A stretch of DNA of 64,000 nt from Mobula hypostoma (taxonomy: Eukaryota): positions 26,040,001 to 26,104,000 of the forward strand of contig NC_086122.1 in NCBI RefSeq assembly GCF_963921235.1, in the 5' to 3' direction. Positions 1 through 13,255 of this stretch are shown piece after piece. The notes under the pieces are model-generated. The model did no database searches. It was not told the DNA's origin and saw only the letters and a list, made by a program, of their open reading frames with translations. The first letter of the stretch is position 1; every line of letters starts with the position of its first letter. The position numbers and the translations under genes are program-made.

Positions 1-341
1 CTTCACAACATGGCGCTCATGCATAGTTTAAAGTAAACCGGGAATAACCAAGGTTATTAACCAGCACAATTTAACCAAATCCCTCATCTATCACATCAGT
101 GCAGAATGGCACCTATAGGAAACATTTTTTTTAAAAAAGTATTGGATTGTTCTGTGAATCTTTTTACTTATCAGTTTTTTTTGTGGATTTTTTTTTACTT
201 ACTTTATGGACAGCAGCACTGAAAGTGACCTGCTAAGATAAGTTCTTGGCCTGGAGTCGATGAAGCTGGGCTGGGAAGAAGGTCTCACAAGGGGGAATTA
301 GTTTTGAGTAGCATTAAAATCACATTCACTCAAATGTTTTA

Positions 342-572
<231 letters not shown>

Positions 573-632
573 TTATAACACATAATTCACAAATAATTGT
601 CAATTTTAAGTAAACAGCATTTAGGCTCTTCT

Positions 633-900
633 TGGGCAGCACAGTGGATAGCACAACGTTTTACAGTGCAAGTGATGTGGGTTCAATTCCTACTGCTGCC
701 TGTAAGGAGTTTGTGCGTTCTCCCCGTGACCGTGTGGGTTTCCTCCGGGTGCTCCTGTTTCCTGCCACAGTCCAAAGACGTATCCGTTGGTAGGTTAACT
801 AATCATTGTGATTAGGTTCGGATTGCTGGGCAGCATGACTCAAAGAGCCAGAAAGGCTTATTCTACACTGTATACCAATAAATGAATGAATAGGATAAAT
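633..900 (+). mobile_element. tRNA-derived V-SINE (HE1-like)
   Basis: B-box GGGTTCAATTCC followed by V-domain-like core ggagtttgtgcgttctccccgtgaccgtgtgggtttcctccgggtgctcc...cagtccaaagac; AATAAA/(TGAA)n tail. Confidence 0.8.
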
Positions 901-1739
901 AGAAAGATAGAATTATTTTCTAGGAAAAGTTGCTCAAGCTTATTCCTAGGTAAACTATAGTTTATTTAGAATATTTCATTTAAATTAAAAGATCTAAAAA
1001 AGCTAAAGTAAATAGCAGAGATATTTTGGATTAGCAAAAAAAAAGCAGAGTTTGCAAATGCATGCAAAGTATCTATGTTAATTACAGCCCCAGAATTCAG
1101 TCTCAAAGATGACTGTACAGACACATATTCCTTGGAAGGTATTAAATCTTAAGTACTGCAGTCTGAAAACTTAGCGCAAGATTATAGATTCTGCTTTTGG
1201 AAAAGCAATTCTATATCAGATTTAAGAATTTGTGTTTATAAACTCTATGCAATAATTATCTCTACAGTCTGACAAGAAATACAAGGCAGTACATATTTTA
1301 TGAATGAACTGCCATTACTCAATGCAAACATGCAAGAAACACATGCATAATTTAATGAAGTGATAGATCATGCTTAATTCATACACCAAGGAAAATAACA
1401 AGTGAAATTAACAAAGATCTGTCTGTAACTGAAGAAGTGGGTTTCAAGTATTTAGTTTCTTAGTGAAATGAGTAAGAAACCAAAATTACGTTCATTACTT
1501 CCATTGACAGTATTTACAACAATTTTCAAAAATTATAGATTCACAGTGGTATTAACCCTCATTAGTAGCACCAATTTATACCACATCCTAGGCACTCATA
1601 ACCAATTTCTGAAGGTGACAATTTTAAAAAGAGACAGACAACTCCACATAAAGAGACAGTTATATCTCAGTCATTTTAATACAATCTATCTCACGCTGGA
1701 CAGGTCATAGGTCAAATCATTAAAGCAAATCCTCTTATT

Positions 1740-2150
1740 TATTTATTTAGTGATACAGTGCAGAGTAGTCCCTTTTAGCCATTTGAGCCTCACCACCCCA
1801 GCGTCCCGACAACCCCGATGATGTTTCTATCATTCATTCTATGGGTTTTTTTGTTTAGTGGATGTCTGTAAAGAGTAAGAATTTCAGGTTGTATACTGTA
1901 GATATTCTGTGATATTAAATTGAACTATTTGAACCATTTGAATCTAATCACGCGACAATTTACAATGACCAGTTAACCTATCTGATATGTCTTTGGACCA
2001 TGGGAGGAAATCAAAGCACCCAGAGAAAACCCATGCATTCCATGGGGAGGATGTACAGAGACTCCTAACAGACGGCACCAGAATTGAACTCCAAACTCCA
2101 ATGCCCCGCCCTGTAATAATGTCAGGCTAACCGTTATACTACCATGGCGC
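1740..2150 (-). mobile_element. tRNA-derived V-SINE, interrupted by a short LINE-tail fragment (~1820-1940)
   Basis: Reverse complement of V-core (tctttggac...gagaaaacccatgc) plus tRNA-like head; similar to the 3785 and 11895 copies. Confidence 0.7.
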
Positions 2151-2187
2151 TCCTGCAATTTGCTACAAATTCCACAAAGAAATTTCC

Positions 2188-3080
2188 ATAATCAAGTTCG
2201 CAGACGACACCACGGTGGTCGGCCTGATCAGAGGGGATGACGAGACGGCCTACAGGGACGAGGTCCAGCACCTGGCCGCGTGGTGTGCCGACAACAACCT
2301 GACCCTTAACACCCAGAAGACCAAGGAGATCGCTGTGGACTTCAGGCATGCTATGAGCCACACTCACATCCCCATCTACATCAACGGAGCTGTAGTGGAG
2401 CATGTATTAAGCTTCAAATTCTTTGGTGTCCATATTTCCAAGGAGCTCACCTCGTCTTTGAACTCCTTCACCCTGATCAAAACGGCGCAACAGCGCCTTT
2501 ACTTCCTGCGGAGCATCAAGAAAGCTCACCTCTGTGTCAGGATACTGACGGACTTTTACCACTGTACCATTGAGAGCATACTCACTAACTGCATCTGAGT
2601 GTGGTATGGCAATTGTCCCGTATCGGACCACAAAGCACTCCAGTGGGTGGTGGAAACTGCCCAGCGGATTATCGGCACCCAATTACCCACCATTGAGAAC
2701 ATCTACCATAAACGCTGCCTGGGCAGGGCGAAAAGCATTATCAGGGATGCATCTCACTCTAACCATGGACTTTTTACTCTCCTCCCATCCAGTAGGTGCT
2801 ACAGGAGCCTCCGCTCCTGCACCAGCAGGCACAGGAAGAGCTTCTTCCCTGAGGCTGTGACCCTGCTGAACCTCACGTCACAGCGCTAAGCAGTATTGCA
2901 CCCATATTATACTGTCTCAGTACTTTTATATTTCTGTGCTGTAGCACTTACTTTTTATTCACAGTTATTTTGTAAATAACATTATTCTTCGCATTTCCGG
3001 TTAGATGCTAACAGCATTTCATTGGTTTTGTATCTGTACTCAGCACAATGACAATAAAGTTGAATCTAACCTAATCTAAT
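2188..3080 (+). mobile_element. Rex1/Babar-type LINE, 5'-truncated RT 3' fragment
   Basis: KFADDTTVVGLIRGDDETAYRDEV...KTKEIAVDFR...AQQRLYFLR...; in-frame stop at 2596-2598; acaataaagttgaatctaacctaatctaat tail. Confidence 0.85.
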
Positions 3081-3145
3081 CATTAAAACAATTGTCAAGG
3101 GAAAAAAAAACACTTCTAAAATTAAAAAGTTCATCCATCCTTTCA

Positions 3146-3340
<195 letters not shown>

Positions 3341-3395
3341 CTAAGTCAGCAGAGATAACATGCAAAAGATTTGCACATTAAGTGTAAATTCTTCA

Positions 3396-3581
<186 letters not shown>

Positions 3582-3621
3582 CTAAAACACAGTGTCTCGT
3601 TAGAAAGCAATATATATTATT

Positions 3622-3774
3622 AACACAAAATAATCTGCAGATGCTGGGGTCAAAGCAACACTCACAACACGCTGGAGGAACTCAGCAGGTCAGGCAGCAT
3701 CAGTGGAAACGTTGACTGATCTTTTCCACTGATGCTGCCCGACCTGCTGAGTTCCTCCAGCATGTTGTGAGTGT
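3622..3774. mobile_element. Penelope pLTR-derived fold-back cassette with 14-bp TSD
   Basis: TSD caatatatattatt at 3608-3621 and 3775-3788; inverted arms 3658-3709 / 3723-3774; sequence matches the pLTR ends of GIY-YIG Penelope copies in this window. Confidence 0.85.
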
Positions 3775-3784
3775 CAATATATAT

Positions 3785-4032
3785 TATTTATTTATTGAGA
3801 TACAGCACGTAGTAGGCCCCATCGCTCAGCAATCCCCCGATTTAATCCAAGCCTAATCACGGGACAATTTACAAAGACCAATTAACCTACCAACCAGTAC
3901 GTCTTTGGACTGTGTGAGGAAACCCACACAGTCACAGGGCGAACGTACAAACTCCTTACAGACAGCAGTGGGAATTGAATGTGTGTCACCTGTACTGTAA
4001 AGCATTGTGCTAACCACTACGCTACCGTGCCA
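3785..4032 (-). mobile_element. tRNA-derived V-SINE
   Basis: Reverse-complement V-core (gtctttggactgtg...aaacccacacagtcacaggg...aaactccttacagacagc) and tRNA head. Confidence 0.8.
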
Positions 4033-4384
4033 TTTTGATGACATTAAGAGGTTTGCTAACAGCTGGTTCAAAATTCAGTCCAGCATTAATAATATCTTTA
4101 TCTTTCCTCAGCTAAAATTATATCTTTTGTGATTTTTGCCTCTGTACTTGCTCAACAAGTTATAATAGGAAATGCCAAAAGGAATTGAGTACATTTTATA
4201 TATAAAACAAACTGACTCCAAATAACATCCTTAGATAAATGGCATTTCTATGAATCATTACAGTATGTAATTGATAATGGAAACAAATTGTGACTCTTTT
4301 CTTGTTATATATTGGTACTACTATACTCAATAAATTTTACAACAGAACCACAAGTTCCTCAATTTCACCCGTTTCAAAGATCAC

Positions 4385-4800
4385 ATAATAGACAATAGAC
4401 AATAGGTGCAGGAGTAGGCCATTTGGCCGTTTGAGCCAGCACCGCCATTCACTGTGATCATGGCTGATCATCCACAATCAGTACCCTTTTCCTGCCTTCT
4501 CCCCATATCCCTTCACTCCACTATCTTTAAGAGCTCTATCTAACTCTTTCTTGAAAGCATCCAGAGAACTGGCCTCTACTGCCTTCTGAGGCAGAGCATT
4601 CCACAGATCCACAACTCTCTGGGTGAAAGTTTTTCCTCAACTCCATTCTAAATGGCCTATCCCTTATTCTTAAACTGTGGCCTCTGGTTCTGGACTCCCC
4701 CAACATCAGGAACATGTTTCCTGCCTCTAGCGTGTCCAATCCCTTAATAATCTTATATGTTTCAATCAGATCCCCTCTCATTCTTTTAAATTCCAATGTA
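4385..4800 (-). mobile_element. CR1/HER1-type LINE 3' end
   Basis: RMRGDLIETYKIIKGLD...RTRGHSLRI; (ctattgt)n tail; near-identical to the 47349-47990 copy. Confidence 0.9.
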
Positions 4801-5929
4801 TAATCAATCAGCTTGAACTATAATTTTGGTAGACTTAATGACACTGCTGCATAGTCATAGCTAGATTTTATAGGATTATTTACTTCTGTACATTCTTACA
4901 AACAGCAATTTTATAAATTATAAACATCACCTTTCTTACACTGGAAATTGTCCACAGTTAACTGAAGTAGATAAAAGGCACTTTCCTGGAGGAGCAAACT
5001 TAAAGAGTTAAATTGTATGATTTCAGGTTGTGAGTGTTCTTCATTTACAAGATTTTTTGAAAATTAGCAACAATTAACATTTAGACAGGCTGAATGTAAG
5101 CTTTTATAAAATGTAGACCTTTGTCAAGAGTTATAGATCACTGCTGTAAAAAGATAACACAAAAATTCAATCCCTTCTAATGCATGATTTTAATTCCCAA
5201 ACTGAACTTGTAGCTTACAAAATGAGTTGCACTTCAACAGAACTAAAACTGAAATCCAAACCACTGTGAACAAGAGGCCAGCATTCCACATCTCCAAGCA
5301 GATCCCTATGCACCTAACTCCCTCTCAAAAAACACATTTTGAAATCCTTAAAGTCTTGCATTAAAATATGACTATTTAAGAAGTCAGTGTAATGCTCAAA
5401 ATAAACGTAAACTAGAAGTTAATTGATGTCCTCAGTGTTATCAGTATGCAGTGAAACAAAAGCAGTTTTCCTGAAAGAGCGCGGGGGGGGGGTGGGGGAA
5501 TAACCCCTATATTAGTTAGATATCTAATGATATAACTTCTATATTGTCAGATAAGTATTATATATTGAATTAGATTTCTCTACACCTCTTTCTACAACCT
5601 CCTATTACACCCAGAAACGTTCAGTTTGCTGCTTACAGTAACAGGAGTTACTGATTTAATATTTCTTAATTTTTATCATCGCTGTTCCTAACGTCTAAAT
5701 ACATGTGATTAAAGCAAACGTCGCTGCACCTGGTCAGTGTCCGGCCCATCAAATGCCCTTTACACCATTTTTTTTGGGTCACCCATATGATACATGGGTT
5801 TAATGCAGTCTGTGAGTGTTGGATTCCACCCTCACCGTCCAATCCCGATATCACTACTTTTCCCTTTAAAAATAAAAGCTACTCCTGACAGAAAAGGCTT
5901 AAGGTGGTGTAAAACGTAGTAACAGGTGT

Positions 5930-6350
5930 TGGCCCTAGCAACGCAGAAACTATCGTATTCTGCGGCCTAATTTGGCTTTCACATATTTCCGGAGAAGGAG
6001 CTTTTGTTCCACTTCAGACTAACAGATAAAAGCGAGCAGAAGTTCCCCTCAAACCCCTGATGAGCAGTAGTAAGGCCGAACCGTTCCTTAACCACCCCCT
6101 CCCCCCTTTGCCTTCTTACCGCCATGTTGGTCGAGAAGATGAATCGGCGACACAGCTCAGAACATTTTTTTCTCAGGCCCCGAAACAAGCGGCGGCTGAA
6201 GGTCGGCAAAAAATTCTCCTAGTGCCGAATGAACAAAGTAGCGCCACCATCTCCAAGCCGGGAAAAATGCATCCCATCCTCAGCAGTGCAGGGCAGCCAT
6301 CCCCGACAATGAAACGTCTGAGGGGGCAGCCACGAGTGTTTTAGGGGATC
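5930..6350 (-). promoter_or_regulatory. rpl11: rpl11 CpG-rich promoter with pyrimidine-rich (TCT/TOP-like) start and YY1-like AACATGGCGG overlapping the ATG
   Basis: Local CpG enrichment; TTCATCTTCTC ~10-20 nt upstream of ATG; no TATA box seen. Confidence 0.65.
6120..6125 (-). CDS. rpl11: 60S ribosomal protein L11, exon 1 (ATG GCG)
   Basis: atcttctcgaccaacATGGCG|gtaaga; same 2-codon first exon as vertebrate RPL11, in a CpG-rich region. Confidence 0.93.
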
Positions 6351-7064
6351 CTAAAGCCAAAGGCCCCCTTTATGCGATCCATTCTACATATGGGATCAGA
6401 GAAGGGGCCCAACTTATTGCGAAAACGAGTGGCGAATTCTCACTTACGGTGCCAATCAGATTTGCTTGTAATCAAATTTAACTTGTGCATATACCTGACC
6501 CGGAATATAGAAGGGCAATTATCATCCAGCGTTCTAAATTGTTTTGGTTACGCCCAACTGTGTGGGATGAAGCCAATGGGTGGGATACCTTCTGCAGAAG
6601 GAAACCTGCAGCTATTTTGTAACATGAACATTACCATCTTACCTGTAATAGGTCAGAGGTACCAAGTTCCAAAATAGTATAAATGAACTTCCTGGATATA
6701 GTCCAAACCACTGTGTTTAGGTTGAAAAAGTGTAATCTAAGCACTGACCCTGTAGTGAGATATTACTGAGTGTTTATGGTCATCTGGTCTTGTTTCCAAA
6801 ATAGGCTTGGAACTTGTGTTTTTTCATTAGGAGACTAATAATCCATTTTTCTATTTTTTTCTGTCCACGCACACATTTCTAATTCTAAATCTCTCCCTTA
6901 TGCTAGTAATACAGCCCAAGGATAATCCTGATTGTTCTCTGAAAAGTTTTGGACTTTTGTGGTACATCATTTTTAAATTTGATACAACTTAATCAGGGAG
7001 CATAAGTAGAAAGAATTACATTTATGTAGAGACTTACACAACTTCAGAATATTCAAATCATCAG

Positions 7065-7310
7065 ACATCACAAGCAAAATGCTGGGGGAAACTCAGCAGG
7101 TTAGGCAGGATATGTGGAGGAAAATGAATAGTCAATGTTTCTGGCCTAGGCCCTTCATCAAAGAGGCAGAAGCCGGAGTAAAAGGGAAGGTGAGGGAAAG
7201 GAGCAAGACCTGGCAGGTGATAGGTGAATCTAGGTGAGGGAGAAGTAAGAGAGAGTGATGTGAGAAGCAAGCTAGGAGGTAATAAGTGGAATAGATGAAG
7301 TGCTGAAGGA
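7065..7310 (-). mobile_element. Penelope pLTR fragment with degenerate hammerhead (7131-7162)
   Basis: aaaatgctgggggaaactcagcaggttaggcag...; minus strand TTGATGA-agggcctaggcca-GAAA-cattgac. Confidence 0.7.
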
Positions 7311-8665
7311 GGAACCTGACATTACCAAAAAAGTGCTTGGGAAGCTGAAAAGCCTGAAGGTAGACAGACAGAACCCCATGGTTCTGAAAGAGGTACTTAA
7401 AGAGATTTTTGATTGGAGGCATTAGTGATGGTCTTTCAAGAATCACTAGATTCCAGAATTGTTCTAGAGGATTAGAAAATTGCAAATGTCACTCCACTCT
7501 TTACAAAGGGAGGGAGGCAAAAGAAAGGAAATTAAAGGCCAGTTAACCTGACTTCAGTGATTGGGAATAAATTGGAGCCCATTTATTAAGGATGAGGTTT
7601 CGGGGTACTTGATGAAGTAGGCCAAAGTCAGCATGGTTTAGATGGAAATCTTGCCTCAAATATGTTGGAATTCTTTGAGGAAATGACAGGCAGGATAGAC
7701 AAAGGAGAGTTAGTGGATGTTGCAGACTAGGATTTTCAGAGGGCCCCTGACAAGGTGCTACACGTGAGGCTATTTAACAAGAGCCCATGCATTAAAGATA
7801 CCAGCATGAATAGAAGACTGGCTGATAGGCAGGAGGCAAAGAATCGGAATAAAGGGGCCTATTTCAGTTGGCTGCTGGTGACAAGTGGTATTCCACAGAG
7901 GTCATATTGACCACTGTTTTCCACATTATGTCAACAATTTAGATGATGGTATTCATGGCTTTGTGGCCAGGTTTGCAGACAATACATGAATAGGTGGAGG
8001 GGCAGGTAGCGTCAAGGAATCAGGGAATTTGCAGATTGGGAGAATGGGCAGAGCAGCAGATGGAATATGGTGTGGGGTAGTCTATGGTCATGCACTTTGG
8101 TAGAAGGAATAGAGGTGTAGACCACTTTTCTGAATAGGGAGAAAAATTCAAAAATCAGAGGTGCAAAGGGACTTGGGAGCCCTTGCACAGGATTCCCTAA
8201 AGGTTAACTTACGGGTGGTAAAGGAAGGCAAATACGATGTTTGCATTCATTTCGAGACCACTAGAATAGACAAACAAGGATTTGATGCTTAGATTTTATA
8301 AGCTATTGGTCAGACCTCATTTGTGAACAGTTTTGGACCCCTATCTAAAACAGATAAGGCCATTTAATGGATAAGGGCCTGTACCTGCTGCCATTTAAAT
8401 GAGGGCTTACCTCATTGAAACCTAACAAATATTGAAAGGCCTAGACAGAGTAGTTATGGAGGGGTTTTCTAGGCCAATTCAGTGAGTATATTTAAAGCAG
8501 TGGTTGTTAAATTCTTGATTAACCAATTTACCCCAGGATCAATAAAGTATGACTATGACTAGACAAGGCATCAAAGGTTACAGGGAGAATGGGGTTGAAA
8601 GGGATGAATCAGCCATGAGTAAATAGCTTAGACCTGATGAGCTGAGTGGCCCAATGTCTTATGAT
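7310..8665 (+). mobile_element. Decayed CR1 LINE (RT region to 3' end)
   Basis: Frameshifted RT motifs aggccagttaacctgacttc, gattttcaga, ggtattccacagagg, tttgcagacaatac; CR1-like 3' UTR. Confidence 0.85.
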
Positions 8666-8699
8666 ATTGTAGGACCAAAAGACATTAGTGCAGAATTAA

Positions 8700-9150
8700 G
8701 TCACTCAGAATAAAGGGAAGGGAAATGAGAACCAGAGGGAGGAAGGTGAAGGTGAGGGCAGGAGAGGGAAAAGAAAAATGGTAAAGGAGCCACAGGAATA
8801 AGGGGAAACAAAGAGGGGGGTGGGAGGTGTTTATGCCAATATATGGGAGAGGTTATCATTAGCTGGGAGAAATTGATGTTGAATGCAGGAAGCAGCGCCA
8901 ACATGGAATCACTTAGCCAATGAAAAGGCAGGCATAGCTGGGATGCATGTGAGTGCCTATGCTTACACCTTTGGTGTGGAGAAAGTGAGAAAAGGCAGGA
9001 GTACCAATTCTGCCAGACAGGGCATGGTAGGTGGCAGGAGGGCAATTGGTTGTTAAGAAAGATAGCCTTGAGGCTTTCTTGATGAGGCTGGAAGTATACA
9101 GAAATTGGATGTCCATGATAAAATGAGGCAGTCAAGGCCAGGGAATTGAA
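8700..9150 (-). mobile_element. Decayed Penelope-like element RT fragment
   Basis: FSHFLHTKGVSIGTHMHPSYACLFIG resembles the PLE RT motif GVAMGTRMGPSYACLFVG. Confidence 0.7.
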
Positions 9151-9660
9151 AGTGGTGGAGATGAGTCATCAAGCTTTGTTTCTGGCCTTAATCTTAACTG
9201 TTACCACGATCTTCAATAAAATATGACTTTCCTAGTAATTAGCATTGCAACAAGCCTATCAAGTATGTGCCAAGTACTTACCCAATGACTACTGGTACAT
9301 AGTGGTGTATGGGCAGGACAGCACAGCAACAGTGGTTAGCCCAACTCCATTACAGCACCAACAACCTGGGTTCATTTCCTGTAACAAGTATTTAATCCCA
9401 CCACGGTGACCACATAGGTTTCCTCCCACATGTGGATCATTGATCTGGTCACATGGGGGTAATTGAGCAATGTGAGCAGATCATGTTAACAGTCTACAAG
9501 TCTAAATGCACACTGGGGACAAATTAGAGAAGCCAATTAACCTGCAAACTTAAATATTTGGGATATGGAAGGAAAGCTGTGAACACCCAGGGTAACAACC
9601 TCGTCAACACAAGGAGTACCAGCAATCCAGATGGATGCAACTAGGAAGCTACATTATTTA

Positions 9661-9702
9661 TTAAAATCATTTAATTAGCTCTTAAAATCATTTAATTAGC
9701 TC
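9661..9702. repeat. Perfect 21-bp tandem duplication
   Basis: ttaaaatcatttaattagctc x2. Confidence 0.95.
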
Positions 9703-10537
9703 ATTCAGTGAGTTCTCACAACTTAAAAGTGTAATTAATTAACACATGAATAATGCCAGAAAGCTTTAAGGAAATATTTATATAATAAAAAATAGCAATT
9801 CAAAATAATTAGGAGTTTGTTGGGGAGGATTTTCTTTGAATCCATGTGATTTGATAGATACAAAATTCCTAGTTTAATTATTTTTAGATTGTCAGGTTTT
9901 GGCAGCCTGATTTTTGGCCCAAAATGCCAACTATTAATTTCCATAGATGCTGCCTGACCAGAGTTCCTCCAGCATTTTGTGATCTTTCATTTCTATTGAA
10001 CTCATTTAGCTAGTCTGGCATATTGTGCCAACTTTACAACCTACTCTGAAGATCAATCTGATCCTTCCCTCCCAGAGTCCTTTTTTCTATCATCCATGTA
10101 CCCAAGAATATCTGAAACACATCCAATGTATGTCTCTTAACACCATCTGATAGGGCATTCCACATGCAAAATTCACCTGACATCCCCAATATACTTTCTA
10201 TTAAACACCTTCAAAATCATGCCCCTTTGTATTAGTCACTATCTCTTGCCGTACATCCTTTAACTAATTTATGTTGCTCTTAGCTTTATCAGGATTGTCT
10301 ATCTATACCTTGTCTTCCAGCAGACCTTTAATTAACCAAAAAAGGTTTAGTTGTGGTTTAAACTTTTCAATATTATATACCTACTTTTATATAGTTCACA
10401 CTTCCAGATATAGGGGATTTGAATCAGGGAAAAGTCAGCCACACCATCATCCAAATATTTGCATGTAACCAAGCATGCAGATTTATTTTCCCATATTAAC
10501 CCAACAAATTAAAGCAAAACTATACTGGTTTTGTATA

Positions 10538-10543
10538 TTTATT
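10538..10543 (-). terminator. eef1a: Polyadenylation signal AATAAA of eef1a (alternative at 10482-10487)
   Basis: tttatt on + strand ~245 nt downstream of the stop codon. Confidence 0.7.
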
Positions 10544-10785
10544 AGTTTTAAATCATTACACAACCAAAACAGTTTCTAATTAGTGAAAGGACATTTACAA
10601 TTACACTGCTAACTTTGGAATCTACATTTAGAATCCGTCATTCCTTATCCTTTCCTTCTGAATTTCTTTCGATGCATCTTAGTCAATATCCAGTCTCTTA
10701 TTAATATACATATTTGGCTGGTAATGAATAAACATTTTGGTGCAAGTCTCAAGGTTTGCTGGATCTTGGTGGCCAGTGGTAACAT

Positions 10786-10907
10786 TCACCTCTTGTTTAA
10801 TACTTTACTGGCAGCCTTGGTGGCTTTTGTGGCAATATCTTTCTTAGTAACTGACTTGATCACACCAACAGCCACAGTCTGTCTCATATCACGGACAGCA
10901 AAGCGAC
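10786..10907 (-). CDS. eef1a: EF1-alpha exon 8 (last coding)
   Basis: ttgtag|GTCGC...AAGAGGTGA; [39 protein letters not shown]. Confidence 0.97.
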
Positions 10908-11489
10908 CTACAAGAGAAAAAGGTAATCAAATGAATCCTCAATGCCATTTCTATTGGGAATTACGAAGTGCAAATCAACATCATGTTGCAATTAGGGCTT
11001 TCCTGAGCAGAAAGTAAACACAGGAACTGTAATAGGCTTAAGCATTTTCTGATTTTCAAAACCCTAGTACCAAAGAGATGGAAGCATAATAAACATTGTG
11101 CACTTTAACCATCATTTCTCTCCTTCAGTTCAAAAATTAAATCTGTATTTCTGTCATGAGTATTCTTTCCTAATGAACATTCTAGCATGTCTGAGTCAGT
11201 ATTTATACCATACCTTATCAATTTCAAGGTATACCATTAACAGATACAATAGTACTCAGGTATATCAGGCTTTGTAGCCCTCAAGTTTGACTATTAAATA
11301 TTAAGGCTAACAGTAACCTTTGCACACATGCCAACATTTTAATGATTCATATATACATCCTCCTTGGCCATTTTAAGGCACTCATGCCCACAGCTTTGTT
11401 ATTGAAGAATACACAATGCAGGCACAATATGCAATTATGAACTGATGACAAACAGGCAAAACCAAAAATCTAACTTTAGGAAAACATAC

Positions 11490-11724
11490 CAAGAGGTGGA
11501 TATTCAGAAAAGCTTTCGACACACATGGGCTTAGTTGGCATCATGTGAACAATGGCTGCATCTCCAGACTTCACAAATTTGGGGCCATCTTCCAACTTCT
11601 TGCCAGACCGACGATCAATTTTCTCCTTCAGCTCATTGAACTTGCAGGCAACGTGAGCAGTATGACAATCAAGTACTGGGGCATAGCCAGCAGCTATCTG
11701 ACCGGGATGGTTCAGGATAATAAC
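11490..11724 (-). CDS. eef1a: EF1-alpha exon 7
   Basis: tttaaag|GTTATTATC...CCTCTTG|gtatgt; [59 protein letters not shown]...FSEYPPLG. Confidence 0.98.
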
Positions 11725-11894
11725 CTTTAAAAAAAAATCAAATTTATAAAATCATAATCAAATAAATTACTCACTCATAACTAGAACTTTTCCTATAGGA
11801 CATGTTTTTTTTTGGGACATTCATTCCACTGAATGCAGATGGGAGCCCTCTCCTCTCCCTTAATAATACATTTGTTATTAAGCATGCCTGCTTT

Positions 11895-12160
11895 TATTTA
11901 TTGAGATAGTGTTCTGGCCCTTTGAACCGCACCACCCAACAACCCAATTTAACCCTAGCCTAATCATGGGACAATTTACAAAGGCCAATTAGCCTACCAA
12001 CTTGTAGGTCTTTGGACTGTGGAAAGAAACCAGAGCACCCGGAGGAAACCCACACAGTCAACAGGGAAAACATACGAAACTCCTTACAGGCAGTGGCAGG
12101 AATTGAACTCAGGTCATCTGTATTGTAAAGTGTTGAATTAACCACTATGCTACCATGCTG
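11895..12160 (-). mobile_element. tRNA-derived V-SINE in eef1a intron 6
   Basis: Reverse-complement V-core gtctttggactgtgg...gagcacccggaggaaacccac and B-box. Confidence 0.8.
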
Positions 12161-12442
12161 TAGCTATAGAAGTGACAGATGGAATGTCTGTTTCAGTCAG
12201 TGGGTGGAATGACCTCAGAAATTTCAGTTTTCTGAAGAAAATATGAATTGGTGCATAGTAACTTCATTCTTTGCTCAGAGTATACTCACTGGCCAAACTA
12301 GTTAGAATTACAGAAAAGGCCTAACCAGTTCAAGCCATCAAAACACCATTGTTATAGTTTACAATCACATGCTTTCTAAGCTGAGATAAACGAGCATTCT
12401 GATGACCACTAAATGGAAGATTGAGTGAAAGTTCTCCTTTAC

Positions 12443-12699
12443 CTGTGCAGTAAAATCAGCAGTTTGTATTGGAGGGTCATTTTTGTTGTCACCAGCAACA
12501 TAACCTCGACGGATATCCTTAACAGAGACGTTCTTGACGTTGAAACCAACATTGTCACCAGGAAGAGCTTCTAGCAGGGCTTCATGGTGCATTTCCACAG
12601 ATTTCACTTCAGTGATGACTGGATTGGGAGCAAACTGCACCAACATGGCTGGTTTCAGAACACCTGTCTCAACCCGGCCAACTGGTACGGTGCCAATGC
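12443..12699 (-). CDS. eef1a: EF1-alpha exon 6
   Basis: tttgcag|GCATTGGC...GCACAG|gtaaag; [65 protein letters not shown]...FTAQ. Confidence 0.98.
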
Positions 12700-12969
12700 C
12701 TGCAAAAGAACCAAAAATTCAGAATCCAAAAACAATTTACAAATCCCCCAATAACAGCTACAACAGATGAAAATACTACAGTGTAATAATTGCAGATCTA
12801 AATTAGGGTTATACAGTGAGGATTAGGTGGAGTCAATTGGTCAAGGGTTCAGAATGCCCTTTTAAGAAGTCAGGCCATTTTTAGTGACTACAATAACACT
12901 CTTGTTCTCCAAATTCTGCTCCAAAGCATGAGTTCTGGTACCCATATTACAACAGAACTAGTAACTTAC

Positions 12970-13120
12970 CACCAATCTTGTAGACATCCTGGAGAGGGAG
13001 ACGAAGAGGTTTCTTTATTGGGCGTTCTGGGGGCTGAATGCTGTCGAGGGCTTCAAGCAGTGTGGTACCAGAGAGGTTTTCATTTTTCCTGGTAATTGAC
13101 CAACCTTTGAACCAGCCCAT
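12970..13120 (-). CDS. eef1a: EF1-alpha exon 5
   Basis: aaacag|ATGGGCTGG...GGTG|gtaagt; [50 protein letters not shown]. Confidence 0.98.
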
Positions 13121-13255
13121 CTGTTTATTTAAAAAAGAATCAAAATTAGGATATTTGTAGAAAGCACCCAGCACCAAACATATCAAATCTTGCAAAATGT
13201 TGCTAGCACCAAATAATTAAATGTAAAGCCACTGAAGTGACAACAGCTTACATAC

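Noticed and set aside
633-700. tRNA genes
   Set aside because: A/B-box-like heads belong to SINEs and do not form complete cloverleafs.
5979-6677. ORFs around the rpl11 promoter
   Set aside because: Chance ORFs in a CpG-rich promoter; the real coding part is only ATGGCG.
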